A DNA stretch of 63,371 bases, the filler included, from a bacterium UBP13_UBA5359 (GTDB lineage Bacteria; UBP13; UBA5359), in NCBI GenBank assembly GCA_002410925.1. It is 3 parts of 3 records of this genome, joined end to end, with 100 filler letters (N's around TTAATTAATTAA, not from the genome) between each part and the next. Parts side by side here need not be neighbours in the genome. Positions count along the whole stretch, not along the records: positions 1 to 10,135 come from DHPR01000040.1; positions 10,236 to 32,851 come from DHPR01000014.1; 1 more part is not named here. One strand, given 5' to 3'. Under the pieces are notes generated by a model. That model did not search any database. It was not told where the DNA came from and saw only the letters and a program-made list of their open reading frames with translations. Of the stretch, positions 9,967 through 19,735 are shown one piece after another. The first letter of the stretch is position 1; the number at the start of each line of letters is the position of its first letter. A program made the position numbers and the translations under genes.

Positions 9967-10135
9967 TAATATACTCCAATCCTCTCAGATAGCTTAGCTA
10001 ATAATCTCTTTGCAAATCGTTACGATCTTGCCGGAATTTTATACAACCATCTCATGTCGCCCCGGAGCCAGCGCATAATCTTTGAAGCCGAAACTGTTTG
10101 ATAGAGATATGGAAATGTTGATTGCACCGCTCGTT

Positions 10136-10235
10136 NNNNNNNNNNNNNNNNNNNNNNNNNNNNNNNNNNNNNNNNNNNNTTAATTAATTAANNNNNNNNN
10201 NNNNNNNNNNNNNNNNNNNNNNNNNNNNNNNNNNN
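10136..10235. other. Artificial contig join (N spacer with TTAATTAATTAA)
   Basis: 100-nt spacer with the six-frame stop linker at 10180-10191. Confidence 0.97.
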
Positions 10236-10405
10236 CTGGATGCACCAGGGATGCTTCATCATGTAATGGTGAGAGGCATCGAGCAGGGCAAGTGAAAAGC
10301 ATACCCGAACTATACAGGATTTGATAAAGAGAGAAGCCCAAGTCAAGGCATTAAAAACGATGAGCGGATTATAGGCAGCTCGGAATTTATTGTTGCGGCT
10401 CACGC
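10236..10405 (+). pseudogene. REP-associated (Y1) tyrosine transposase remnant, internally deleted
   Basis: Manual translation LDAPGMLHHVMVRGIEQ (N-terminal motif) followed shortly by DERIIGSSEF (C-terminal motif). Confidence 0.65.
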
Positions 10406-10537
10406 TACGTGGCCGGTTAGAAATCGGAATATTTGGCCGGGAGATGGCGACATAAGCAAGGGAGAGGCAAAGCCTCTCCCTTGTGCAGTAGTTTAATACT
10501 TACTGAGAACTCATTCTACAGGGCTAGCTCTGACCAC

Positions 10538-11000
10538 CTATTTGACCAAATCTATGTCTATGGGCAGAGCCAGGGTATCAGCTCCCCTTTTCAGGCATTC
10601 GACGGCGATGCGATTTATCTTTCTCGGTGCTCCCATCGAATGCTCGTAGATAGTGCTCATGGCCTCAAAGGTGAAGATATCGGCTGGGGCTCCGGCGTAT
10701 TCCAGGTGTGCGGCAACATAGCCCTGGGTTTTATCCATACTCAGCCCTTCAAGAGAATACTGCATGGTAACGCGGTCTCACAGAGCCGCTGTAGCCGGTC
10801 TTCTCAACTTCTGGCGAATAGCCGGGTGCCCGATGAAGATAAGGATCAGGTAATCTCTGACGGCGCTGGTCTTGCTCATACCCACCTGGCCGGATACCAG
10901 TGATGCCGCCCTCCTCACAGAGGCCACAGAGGTGTTTCTGCAACTCTTCCAGTTGCCGGTAGCGGTAAAGGGGCATAATCTGCTTGGTAAAGGGCTGGCG
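10538..11000 (-). pseudogene. Fragmented ExeA-like AAA ATPase of the kind that accompanies DDE transposases
   Basis: Pieces in different frames: LIFIGHPAIRQKL and YSLEGLSMDKTQGYVAAHLEYAGAPADIFT...GAPRKINRIAVECL. Confidence 0.65.
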
Positions 11001-11103
11001 GGTAAGGATCTTGTGGATAATTACCACTCCATCGCCAAGACGGTTTATGTATGCAAGGGGCTGGCAGTCAGCATGACAAACCCTGGTGAGGGTGATATTA
11101 TAC

Positions 11104-11514
11104 CTATTGAAAACACTTTGAAGGCATTGCCATATTTTTCTCCCACCTGCTTACAGTGCCAGGAGCGACTCCAAATTGCCGTGCCAGCTGTGATTGAGTC
11201 ATTCCGACAATCTTACGATAGGCAATTATCTTTTCACTCAAGCTCATACCTGATATACTCTTTGTAATAGTATCAGGTACATAGCCCAAGAATTCAAAGA
11301 TCTTAGGCATGTGCCAAGAGGCAGGAGTGAAGCGGTGTTTTTCCCAATTGCAAATAGTCTCCCCAGTAACGCCGATGATTTCAGCAACTTCCGGTTGTTT
11401 CAGCTTCATGTCCAATCGTTTCTTTCTGATATGGTCACCAATGGTATCGAGTCTCTTGGGATAGGCTCCCGGGAGGGGTTTTGATGCTTTTAGTTCTACC
11501 TTGCAAAAAGGCAA
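11104..11514 (-). CDS. Tandem XRE-HTH protein (two Cro/C1-type domains); start placed at TTG 11514
   Basis: IGDHIRKKRLDMKLKQPEVAEIIGVTGETICNWE and KIIAYRKIVGMTQSQLARQFGVAPGTVSRWE; the upstream part of the track ORF overlaps the MBL gene. Confidence 0.75.
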   Translation of the reverse strand: MPFCKVELKASKPLPGAYPKRLDTIGDHIRKKRLDMKLKQPEVAEIIGVTGETICNWEKHRFTPASWHMPKIFEFLGYVPDTITKSISGMSLSEKIIAYRKIVGMTQSQLARQFGVAPGTVSRWEKNMAMPSKCFQ

Positions 11515-11532
11515 TGCGACTCGGGGGACAAA

Positions 11533-12321
11533 GTGGCAGCAGATTTTGAAGCATATTCTCTGGCCAGCGGCAGCTCCGGCAATTGTTATCTTGTCAAAGG
11601 CGGTGACACCACCGTTCTTATAGATGCTGGCATTACTCTCAAGGCTTTGACAACCGGGATGGACCATTTCGGCTTCTCTCCGTCTCAACTGAGCGGAGTC
11701 TTCGTCACTCATGAGCATAGCGATCACGTCAAGGGTGTCGGTCCCCTATCACGTCGTTATGAAACACCTGTCTATGCCAATTTACCTACTATTAAAGCTA
11801 TCTTGGAACGCTGCGGCGCCGTTAATGTCAGCGAGATGGCTATAGGACAGGAGATGGAGATAGGCCCTCTGTCCGTGCGCTCTTATAGGCTGCCGCACGA
11901 CGGAGTCTGCCACGTGGGTTACGTTGTCTCGTGCGGTAGCCGATCTCTCTGCCTGGCAACGGACATAGGCTTTGTCTGCGATCCTTTGAAGAAAGAAATA
12001 GGTCAGGCCGATCTGCTGATTCTGGAATCCAATCATGATATCAGGATGCTGGAGGAGGGGCCGTACCCTTGCTACATGAAGAAACGTATTCGTGGTTCCG
12101 GCGGTCATATATCCAACAAGGAGGCTTCCCATGCCCTGGTCGAATGCTGCAGAGGGCGCAGGCGCCATGTCTGGCTGGCTCATCTTAGCCGCATCAATAA
12201 TCTGCCGTCTTTGGCCTTGATGACAGCCAGGGCGGACCTGGAAAGGCATGGAATGGATAATATAGATCTGGCAGTAGCTGCCCGTGATGTTCCCAGCTTA
12301 CACTGGAATCCCAATAGTTAA
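11533..12321 (+). CDS. MBL-fold metallohydrolase (YycJ/WalJ-like)
   Basis: SLASGSSGN, THEHSDH, PHD, ATDIG, LESNHD, GHISN, LAHLS motifs. Confidence 0.9.
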   Translation: MAADFEAYSLASGSSGNCYLVKGGDTTVLIDAGITLKALTTGMDHFGFSPSQLSGVFVTHEHSDHVKGVGPLSRRYETPVYANLPTIKAILERCGAVNVSEMAIGQEMEIGPLSVRSYRLPHDGVCHVGYVVSCGSRSLCLATDIGFVCDPLKKEIGQADLLILESNHDIRMLEEGPYPCYMKKRIRGSGGHISNKEASHALVECCRGRRRHVWLAHLSRINNLPSLALMTARADLERHGMDNIDLAVAARDVPSLHWNPNS

Positions 12322-12414
12322 ACGGACATTAAAAAAGGGAGCGTGATGCCTCATTAAAAAATCCGCTCAAGCAAGAGTACGATGCCTCACGTAAAAATCT
12401 ACTCGAAGGAAGAG

Positions 12415-12444
12415 TTGACAAACAGCTCTTAGGGTAGCTATACT
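12415..12444 (+). promoter_or_regulatory. sigma70 promoter of GntR/LacI regulator
   Basis: TTGACA, 18 nt, TATACT, followed by TTATAAGCA direct repeats. Confidence 0.6.
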
Positions 12445-12548
12445 TAAAGTAATTATTATAAGCAGTTATAAGCAATTAAAAATATATTTATCAAAGCAGT
12501 TATTTAAGTAGATAGAAAGCTGCTTGCAACAGGGGGTGAGAGCGTAAT

Positions 12549-13640
12549 ATGCTGGAAGTTTCCAAAAATAAACCTGAACCGTTATATATCCAGCTTAAAA
12601 ACCGTTTGGTCGGTCAGATTCTTAACGGAACTTATAAGCCTGATGATCTATTGCCCTCAGATCGTAAACTGTGTGCTGAATATAAAGTCAGCCAGATAAC
12701 CGCTCGCCGGGCTTTGAATGAGCTTGAACAAGAGAAATTCTTAAAGCGCATTCCGGGCAAAGGTACTTATGTCGCTTCGATATTGCCTATACTCAAGAGC
12801 TTCTCCGAGAGCCGGGAAATAGGAGTCGTTTTTCACGATGTGTTCAAGGTCACAGAGCCTTCAATAGCTAGTCTTTTAGAAGGAGCGGCTGCTGTCGCAC
12901 AGCAGTTGGGTTACACTTTACATATCTTTACTACCATGGGAAGAAGCCTCTTTGCAGGCAACAGCGCTTTATATCATAGCATTGAGCAAAAAAACCTGGC
13001 AGGATTGCTCTTGTTAAGTCCAATGGAAGAAACTGAGATAAAAAGGTTGCTGGAGAGCCAATGTCCTTTTGTCGTCGTAAGTGATATGTATACCAATATA
13101 CATGTGCCGACTGTATACTGCGACGATAGTACTGTTGCTTATAATGCTGCAAAGGAGTTACTGGATAAAGGACATCGCAAGATAACTCTGGCTGTAAACC
13201 AATGGTTGCCGGTTACTCCTCATATCATACGAGGAAGGGAACGTATGAGCGAGGGGTATGCCAGAGCTCTTAAAGAGTATGAATTGGATGATATAAATAT
13301 AATAACTAATTATCTGTCAAGGCCTAATCAGGATACCTCTGAAATTAAAAAAGATCTCCGTAAGGCTTTGGATCAGAGTACAGCCTTTATAGTATCAGGC
13401 GATAATCTGGCGCAGGCAATATACAGCTCTATCAAAGAACAGGGGAGAGTAATCGGTAAAGATATAGATCTTTTTGTATATGGAGACGATGCAAATATTT
13501 CTGATGCAAGGATTGTTCGTAAACCGTTAGACAAGCTGGGTGAATTTGCCGTCCGCAAGCTGATTGATATGCAGAACGGAATAGATGATAGAAATCAAAA
13601 AGTTATCACTGTAGATATGTATGACGGGGTCAAGAGTTGA
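12549..13640 (+). CDS. GntR-HTH / LacI-type sensor regulator
   Basis: PLYIQLK...LPSDRKLCAEYKVSQITARRAL...GKGTYV plus a ligand-binding domain; visibly AT-richer than neighbours. Confidence 0.88.
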   Translation: MLEVSKNKPEPLYIQLKNRLVGQILNGTYKPDDLLPSDRKLCAEYKVSQITARRALNELEQEKFLKRIPGKGTYVASILPILKSFSESREIGVVFHDVFKVTEPSIASLLEGAAAVAQQLGYTLHIFTTMGRSLFAGNSALYHSIEQKNLAGLLLLSPMEETEIKRLLESQCPFVVVSDMYTNIHVPTVYCDDSTVAYNAAKELLDKGHRKITLAVNQWLPVTPHIIRGRERMSEGYARALKEYELDDINIITNYLSRPNQDTSEIKKDLRKALDQSTAFIVSGDNLAQAIYSSIKEQGRVIGKDIDLFVYGDDANISDARIVRKPLDKLGEFAVRKLIDMQNGIDDRNQKVITVDMYDGVKS

Positions 13641-13662
13641 CCCCGTCATCCTCTTCTTTCTT
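13621..13662 (+). terminator. Probable intrinsic terminator overlapping the stop codon
   Basis: Perfect 13-bp stem ATGACGGGGTCAA-GAG-TTGACCCCGTCAT followed by a pyrimidine tract. Confidence 0.6.
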
Positions 13663-13809
13663 GAAATTATCCATCCCGCCTCGGATGGAAAAGCTGAACA
13701 GATAGGCATTCTTCTTCTTTCCCGCAGTTATGCAGCAAGGGTTTCAGGGTGCGGTTTTTTATGGTGATGCCAAACCGGAGAGGGATATTTTTAATTCTCT
13801 TTTAAAGAC

Positions 13810-13862
13810 TTGCCCCACAAGATATGGTGTGCTATAATCATCCTTGCCACAAGATATTGTAT
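13810..13862 (+). promoter_or_regulatory. Tandem NrdR boxes overlapping the nrdR promoter
   Basis: CCACAAGATATGGTGT (13815-13830) and CCACAAGATATTGTAT (13847-13862), 32 bp apart; promoter TTGCCC, 17 nt, TATAAT with TGn extension. Confidence 0.85.
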
Positions 13863-13897
13863 ATAAAGCTAATAACAAAGAAACCGGATGAAAGCAT

Positions 13898-14350
13898 TTG
13901 AAATGCCCTTTTTGCCAGCATTTAGAGAGTAAAGTCAGTGATTCCAGGCTAGTCGAAGATGGGGATGCCATCAGACGCCGTCGGGAATGTTTGGAATGTG
14001 GCAAGCGGTTTACCACTTATGAGCGCTTGGATGAAATTCCCTTGCTGGTTATTAAAAAGGATGGCAGACTGGAGGTGTTCAATCGCAATAAGATTATCAC
14101 CGGAGTATTTAAGGCTTGTGAAAAGAGGCCTATAGGACTGGAAATCATAGAAAATCTGGTAGACAGCATTGAGCGTGAGTTGCGTAATCGTACCGATCAC
14201 GAAGTAACCAGTAAGCGGATCGGAGAAATGGTAATGGAAAGGCTGCGTGAGCTGGATGAAGTGGCTTATGTTCGCTTTGCATCCGTTTATCGGGAATTCC
14301 GGGATGCCAGCAAATTTATTCAGATTCTAAAGAATCTTAAAAATAGTTGA
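13898..14350 (+). CDS. nrdR: Transcriptional repressor NrdR
   Basis: MKCPFC...DSR...[18 protein letters not shown] zinc ribbon, ATP cone, [13 protein letters not shown]. Confidence 0.97.
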   Translation: MKCPFCQHLESKVSDSRLVEDGDAIRRRRECLECGKRFTTYERLDEIPLLVIKKDGRLEVFNRNKIITGVFKACEKRPIGLEIIENLVDSIERELRNRTDHEVTSKRIGEMVMERLRELDEVAYVRFASVYREFRDASKFIQILKNLKNS

Positions 14351-14465
14351 ACTTAATTTTCAGGTGTGATAATTTTGATAATTTTGGTAATATAAAAAGC
14401 AGATGAATGATAGGCCGAGATATTATTAATGCATTATTATAAGATTAAACAGACAGGGGGATATT

Positions 14466-16526
14466 ATGGCGCAGATGGTAACGGATTCCGAGGTATCGGG
14501 AGGCACTGGTGAGGTTGGCTATCTTAATATACGTAAACGTGACGGGCGCATAGTTCCGTTCAATCCGGAGAAAATAACCGAGGCTATTTTTAAAGCCGCT
14601 CAATCTGTAGGTGGCGAAAATCCGGCTGTTGCCGAGCAGCTTACCGAGCGGGTCAAGGCCGTTATGTCCGAGACTATCGGGCAGGTTATACCGGATGTTG
14701 AGCATGTTCAGGATATAGTGGAAAAAGTCCTGATAGAGGAAGGACATGCTAAGACGGCTAAGGCTTATATCCTTTACCGTGACAGGCGAACCAGGGTAAG
14801 GGAGGGACGTTCCGATCTTATGGATGCCGTTTCCGAAATCCTGGTGGAGACCAATCGGGAAAATGCCAATATCAGCAACTCCCCCAGTGCCAAGATGCTG
14901 CAGATAGCTTCTGCCGCCAGCCGTAAGTACTATCTCTCGCGTGTCATTCCTGAAGATATGTCCATGGCGCACAGGCGAGGAGAGATGCATATTCATGATC
15001 TTGATTTCTACGGCAAGACACTGACCTGTGTACAAATACCTCTTGGTAAATTGCTGCAGGAAGGCTTTGATACGGGCCACGGTTTTATCAGGCCACCGCG
15101 TCGCCCGGGATCGGCTGCCGCCCTGGCTGCTATCATCCTGCAGAGCAGCCAGAACGATATGCATGGCGGGCAATCCTTTGCTTTTTTTGACCGCGATATG
15201 GCTCCCTTTGTCGAAGGCGCCTCGGAAGATGAGATATACCAGGCCATGGAGGCACTGGTATATAATCTGAATTCCATGCACAGTCGGGCCGGGGCGCAGG
15301 TACCCTTCAGCAGCATCAACCTGGGCGTGGAGACCAGTCAGGCCGGTCGGGCCATAACCAGAGGCCTGCTTCTGGCATATGAAAGAGGATTGGGACGTGG
15401 CGAGAGCCCGATCTTCCCCAATATCATTTTCAAGCTCAAGGAAGGGGTCAACTTCAATCCGGGAGATCCCAATTACGATCTTTTCCGTCTGGCTATCCGG
15501 GTAGCCGCCAGGCGCTTGAATCCCACTTTTAGCTTTATGGATTCCTCTTTTAATGCGCCTTATGGCATGGAGGTGGCCTATATGGGGTGCCGCACCAGGG
15601 TCATCGGCAACAGATGCGGTCCGGAGATCAGCGACGGCAGAGGCAATCTCTCCTTTACCACTATCAATCTGCCACGGCTGGCGCTCAAAGCTCGCGGCAG
15701 CGTGGAGGAGTTCTATCGCGAATTGGAAATAATCATGGACATGGCTGTAAAGCAGCTCTATCATCGTTATGCTATCCAGAGCAAGCTCAGAGTATCGGAT
15801 ATGCCGTTTCTGATGGGACAGCACCTGTATCTGGATTCCGAAAAGCTGGCCATGGACGATTACATCGAGTCTGTTATTCGTCACGGCACTCTCTCCATGG
15901 GCTTCCTCGGTTTGGCGGAGGCTCTGGTTGCTATTACAGGTGAGCACCATGGACAGAATTGCGATACCGGCAAGCTGGGGCTGGAGATAGTCCGGTTTAT
16001 GCGGGGGTATTTAGATGCCGCTTGTCAGGACTACAATCTAAATTATACCCTTTTGGCTACACCTGCCGAAGGGTTGGCCGGAAGATTCGTCAAGCTTGAT
16101 CGCAAGGAGTTCGGCCTGATAAGCAACGTTACGGATAAGAATTACTATACCAACAGCTTCCATGTTCCGGTAGGTTACGAAATATCCTATGCCGATAAGG
16201 TAGCTATTGAAGGTGAATACCATAAATACTGTAATGCCGGGCATATAAGCTACGTGGAGCTGTCCGCTCCGCCGGTTCATAATCTGGAGGCGGTTGAGGC
16301 CATGATACGCCGCATGGCACGCTCCGATATGGGATATGCCGGCATAAATTTCCCTGTGGACGAATGCCGGGGTTGTTCTTACAGCGGACTGATTCCGCAG
16401 TTTTGCCCCATCTGCGGCTCGTATGATATACGCCGGGTCAGGCGTATTACCGGGTACCTCTCCACTGTAGATCGCTTCAATGACGGCAAAAGAGCGGAGC
16501 TGGCAGATCGTGTTTGCCACTCTTGA
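14466..16526 (+). CDS. nrdD: Class III anaerobic ribonucleoside-triphosphate reductase
   Basis: N-terminal ATP cone, HIHDLD, MGCRT, ATPAEG, YYTNSFH, CxxC...CxxC and glycyl-radical motif RRITGYL. Confidence 0.96.
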   Translation: MAQMVTDSEVSGGTGEVGYLNIRKRDGRIVPFNPEKITEAIFKAAQSVGGENPAVAEQLTERVKAVMSETIGQVIPDVEHVQDIVEKVLIEEGHAKTAKAYILYRDRRTRVREGRSDLMDAVSEILVETNRENANISNSPSAKMLQIASAASRKYYLSRVIPEDMSMAHRRGEMHIHDLDFYGKTLTCVQIPLGKLLQEGFDTGHGFIRPPRRPGSAAALAAIILQSSQNDMHGGQSFAFFDRDMAPFVEGASEDEIYQAMEALVYNLNSMHSRAGAQVPFSSINLGVETSQAGRAITRGLLLAYERGLGRGESPIFPNIIFKLKEGVNFNPGDPNYDLFRLAIRVAARRLNPTFSFMDSSFNAPYGMEVAYMGCRTRVIGNRCGPEISDGRGNLSFTTINLPRLALKARGSVEEFYRELEIIMDMAVKQLYHRYAIQSKLRVSDMPFLMGQHLYLDSEKLAMDDYIESVIRHGTLSMGFLGLAEALVAITGEHHGQNCDTGKLGLEIVRFMRGYLDAACQDYNLNYTLLATPAEGLAGRFVKLDRKEFGLISNVTDKNYYTNSFHVPVGYEISYADKVAIEGEYHKYCNAGHISYVELSAPPVHNLEAVEAMIRRMARSDMGYAGINFPVDECRGCSYSGLIPQFCPICGSYDIRRVRRITGYLSTVDRFNDGKRAELADRVCHS

Positions 16527-17088
16527 AGTAAATTCTCAGGGGTATAAAGGGGCGAAAGATATTTGCAGTGCCGGCGCTTCTCTCCCTGTAAGAGTAGCGG
16601 GCATAAGCCGTGAAAGCGTAGTGGACGGCCCGGGCATTAGGACTGTTCTCTTCACTCAGGGCTGTCCACGAAGTTGCCCGGGGTGCCATAATCCTGATAC
16701 CCAGCCGCTCGATGGCGGCGTAGTGAGGGATGTAGGCACTCTGTTTCAAAAGCTGATTGCCGATGTGGAATTTGTCAAAGGGATAACCTTCAGTGGCGGG
16801 GAGCCCTTTATCCAGGCCGAGCCGTTGGCGGAACTGGCACGTCTTTTGCGTCAAAGAGGGATGGATATAGTTATCTATACGGGATATCTCTTTGAGGATT
16901 TGCTGGAGATGAGCCGTATGGAACAGGGAATATACTCTCTGCTGGCGGCCGGCGATATTCTGGTGGATGGTCCTTACATTGAGACGGAACGCGATCTTAA
17001 CCTGGCTTTTCGGGGCTCACGTAATCAGCGTCTTATCGATCTGCCGCCTTCACTGCAGATGGGCAAAGCGGTGGAATATGAGGTATAA
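16510..17088 (+). CDS. nrdG: Anaerobic RNR activating enzyme (start placed at GTG 16510; track ORF begins at 16480)
   Basis: VDGPGIR...GCPRSCPGCHNP, GITFSGGEP, DILVDGPY, FRGSRNQR. Confidence 0.93.
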   Translation: MFATLEVNSQGYKGAKDICSAGASLPVRVAGISRESVVDGPGIRTVLFTQGCPRSCPGCHNPDTQPLDGGVVRDVGTLFQKLIADVEFVKGITFSGGEPFIQAEPLAELARLLRQRGMDIVIYTGYLFEDLLEMSRMEQGIYSLLAAGDILVDGPYIETERDLNLAFRGSRNQRLIDLPPSLQMGKAVEYEV

Positions 17089-18765
17089 ATGTCTATCTGG
17101 CCATCGATAGAGCGAAGCCGTGAGCGTCTCAGGGAGGAGCACGGCACGATAACAAAGAGCGGAGCCGCCCCGATTTCCGTAGCGCTGGCCTTTCCCAATG
17201 TATATAAGGTCGGTATGGCCGGCCTGGGCTTTCAAATAATATACCGTTTGCTCAATTCCAGGGAGGATACCCTTTGTGAGAGGGTATTCTATCCAGATGA
17301 GAGAGATCTATCTCTCTTTGCTTCATCAGGTAGATTGTTTACCATGGAGAGCGAACGCCCGGTGGCGAATTTTACGTTGCTGGCATTCTCTCTCTCTTTT
17401 GAAATGGACATACCCAGGCTGCTGCGTATGCTCATGATGTCCGGCTTACCTCTACGAGCATCAGACCGCGGCCCGGAGCATCCTCTGGTCATGGTCGGAG
17501 GGCCGGTGGTTACCTTCAACCCGGAACCGTTAGCAGAGTTCATTGATTTTTGCCTGGTGGGTGAGGCGGAAGAGGCGCTGCCGGAAATCATGGATATTAT
17601 CAGTGATGAAGCCTCATCCGATTTGCTGTGCCGTGAGGACCTGTTCTATCGCCTGGCGGGAGTGGGCGGGGTATATGTGCCCTCTTTATACGAGGTAGGT
17701 TACGACGATGCCGGACGAGTGGCAGATGTGGTTGCTTCAAATGGAGCGCCGCAGCGAGTAAGACGGCGCTGGACAGCAAATTTAGATGCTTATCCCGGTA
17801 GCAGCACAGTAATTAGCCCTGATGCGGAGTTTCCCAATACCTGGCTGGTAGAGATAAGCCGCGGCTGCGGCCGCCGTTGTCGTTTCTGTATGGCGGGACA
17901 TTGCTATCTACCGCCACGGCGGCGCAGCAAGGAGACTGTTCTGGCTGCCGTCAGGCAGGGTTTGCAACTCATCGATAGAATTGGTCTGGTGGGAGCGGCG
18001 GTTTCCGATTATCCCGGCATAGATGATCTGTCGTGGGAGTTGACCTCCATGGGAGCCAAGCTATCCGTAGCCTCTCTTAGGGTGGATACGCTGGGACCGG
18101 GGCTGCTGAGATCACTGGCTGCCGGCCGCTCCCATACATTGACGGTGGCCCCTGAGGCAGGCTCAGAGCGCCTGCGTCGGATTATCAACAAACGCATAAC
18201 CGAGGAACATATAATGAATGGGGTCAGGATGGCTGCCGAAGCCGGCTTTCACCGTCTGAAGTTTTACTTTATTATCGGCCTGCCTGGCGAGAGGGAGGAG
18301 GATATACGCGCCATCGTTGATCTGGTTCTCTCTGCACGTGAGGCGGCCCCCGGCCTTCGGCTTGAACTGAGCGTGGCGCCATTTGTTCCCAAGCCCTTTA
18401 CGCCTTTTCAATGGTCCGCCATGGCAAAGATTGCCAGGCTGGAAAAGCATGCTACCCTGTTGCGGACGCTGTTGCGCAAGTACGGTTCGATGGATATCTC
18501 TGTCGAAAGCCCACGATGGTCAGCTGTACAGGGCATTATGGCCAGGGGTGACAGGCGGCTGGCTCCCGTGCTTGCTTCCGTGGCTGCCGAAGGGGATTCC
18601 ATCTCCGTCTGGCGCCGGTCAATGAAACAGGCCGGCCTGAGTTACGATTTCTATCTCTATAGAATCCGAGAGGAGGAGGAGGTTTTTCCATGGGATCATC
18701 TGGATATCGGTTTGGAGAAGGCGCATCTTCGGCAATCTTATAACGAAGCTCTGGCTGAATACTGA
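17089..18765 (+). CDS. Radical SAM protein with N-terminal B12-binding-like domain (TIGR03960-like)
   Basis: FPNVYKVGM, CERVF, GGPVVTFNPEP, VGEAEE, EISRGCGRRCRFC, APEAGSERLR, FVPKPFTPFQW. Confidence 0.88.
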   Translation: MSIWPSIERSRERLREEHGTITKSGAAPISVALAFPNVYKVGMAGLGFQIIYRLLNSREDTLCERVFYPDERDLSLFASSGRLFTMESERPVANFTLLAFSLSFEMDIPRLLRMLMMSGLPLRASDRGPEHPLVMVGGPVVTFNPEPLAEFIDFCLVGEAEEALPEIMDIISDEASSDLLCREDLFYRLAGVGGVYVPSLYEVGYDDAGRVADVVASNGAPQRVRRRWTANLDAYPGSSTVISPDAEFPNTWLVEISRGCGRRCRFCMAGHCYLPPRRRSKETVLAAVRQGLQLIDRIGLVGAAVSDYPGIDDLSWELTSMGAKLSVASLRVDTLGPGLLRSLAAGRSHTLTVAPEAGSERLRRIINKRITEEHIMNGVRMAAEAGFHRLKFYFIIGLPGEREEDIRAIVDLVLSAREAAPGLRLELSVAPFVPKPFTPFQWSAMAKIARLEKHATLLRTLLRKYGSMDISVESPRWSAVQGIMARGDRRLAPVLASVAAEGDSISVWRRSMKQAGLSYDFYLYRIREEEEVFPWDHLDIGLEKAHLRQSYNEALAEY

Positions 18766-18957
18766 AAATAGCCAAACTGCTTTGATATCAGGCACCTTCT
18801 TTGATCATTGACGTAAAGGCAGTGCTACGCAATCTCTGCTGTAATAAAGCTTCGAGATACCGCTGTTTTGGATATTCCTAATAATACCGACAGGAAAAAA
18901 TGCCTCTATGTCGAATACAGAGAATAAGTAAGCTTGTGAAAAGTGAATAGCAAATTT

Positions 18958-19166
18958 CATATGAAGTCCACAGGAGAGACCCCGTTAGCCGGGGCGCCGA
19001 AGGGGCAAGGCCCGAAATGGCTTAAACTATCAGGCAAAAGGACTGCGGATGGATGGAACTCTGGAGAGTACCGTTGAGAAATCAGCAGTTGCCTCTGTTT
19101 GAGGCTACTGTAAGGTCACCTAAGGGGAAGCTGTTTGCAGTAATCTCTCGGGTAAAGAGGACAGAG
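18958..19166 (+). ncRNA. Tandem glycine riboswitch
   Basis: Aptamer 1 GGAGAG...CGCCGAAG...TCAGGCAAAAGGAC; aptamer 2 CTCTGGAGAG...CACCTAAG...CTCTCGGGTAAAGAGGACAGAG; directly upstream of gcvH. Confidence 0.92.
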
Positions 19167-19198
19167 TGGGTAAAACCACTCTGTCTTTCTATCTTTTT
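19160..19198 (+). terminator. Riboswitch expression platform terminator (ON switch)
   Basis: 10-bp stem GACAGAGTGG-GTAAAA-CCACTCTGTC plus T-rich tail; its 5' arm is the 3' strand of aptamer-2 P1, so the two structures are mutually exclusive. Confidence 0.8.
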
Positions 19199-19244
19199 CA
19201 GGATGAAGAGAGATAGAGCTTATAATTAAGGAGGTTGGATTACG

Positions 19245-19610
19245 ATGAGTGAAACCAGGTATACCAAGACACATGAATGGGCCAGAAAAGAGGGGGAGAA
19301 GGTCCTTGTAGGCATTTCGCAGCATGCCCAGGATGAACTCGGCGATATCGTCTATGTTGAACTCCCTTCGATGGGTGCATGCATTAACGCAGGACAGCCG
19401 TTTGGCGTGGTGGAATCCGTCAAAGCCGCCAGCGATTTATATGCTCCGGTAAGCGGCGAGATTATAGCCGTTAATGATCGGCTGCAAGATGAGCCGGGCC
19501 TGATAAATCAGGATGCAGAGGGAGAAGGCTGGATAATTGCTCTCAAGGATGTTCCCGATGCTGACTGGAATGCGCTGATGACAGAGGCTGATTATAAGGC
19601 GGTACTTTGA
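19245..19610 (+). CDS. gcvH: Glycine cleavage system H protein
   Basis: YTKTHEW, ELGDIVYVELP, lipoyl motif VESVKAAS. Confidence 0.96.
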   Translation: MSETRYTKTHEWARKEGEKVLVGISQHAQDELGDIVYVELPSMGACINAGQPFGVVESVKAASDLYAPVSGEIIAVNDRLQDEPGLINQDAEGEGWIIALKDVPDADWNALMTEADYKAVL

Positions 19611-19735
19611 ACTGAAGAGAGAAGTTAGAAGTCGGTCAGAATGGCTTGTGCATATTTTAAAGCAATTTAAATCAAGCTTTCTTATTCTGATTGCTGAATT
19701 CTATCTTCTCTTTGCTTGAGTAGAAGGAGAAGATT

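Noticed and set aside
10180-10191. TTAATTAATTAA palindrome (also 32896-32907)
   Set aside because: Embedded in N runs; standard six-frame stop linker used to join contigs
11515-11727. N-terminal extension of the double-HTH ORF
   Set aside because: Overlaps the well-supported MBL hydrolase on the opposite strand
14445-15950. 501-aa minus-strand ORF
   Set aside because: Antisense shadow of nrdD with no recognisable motifs
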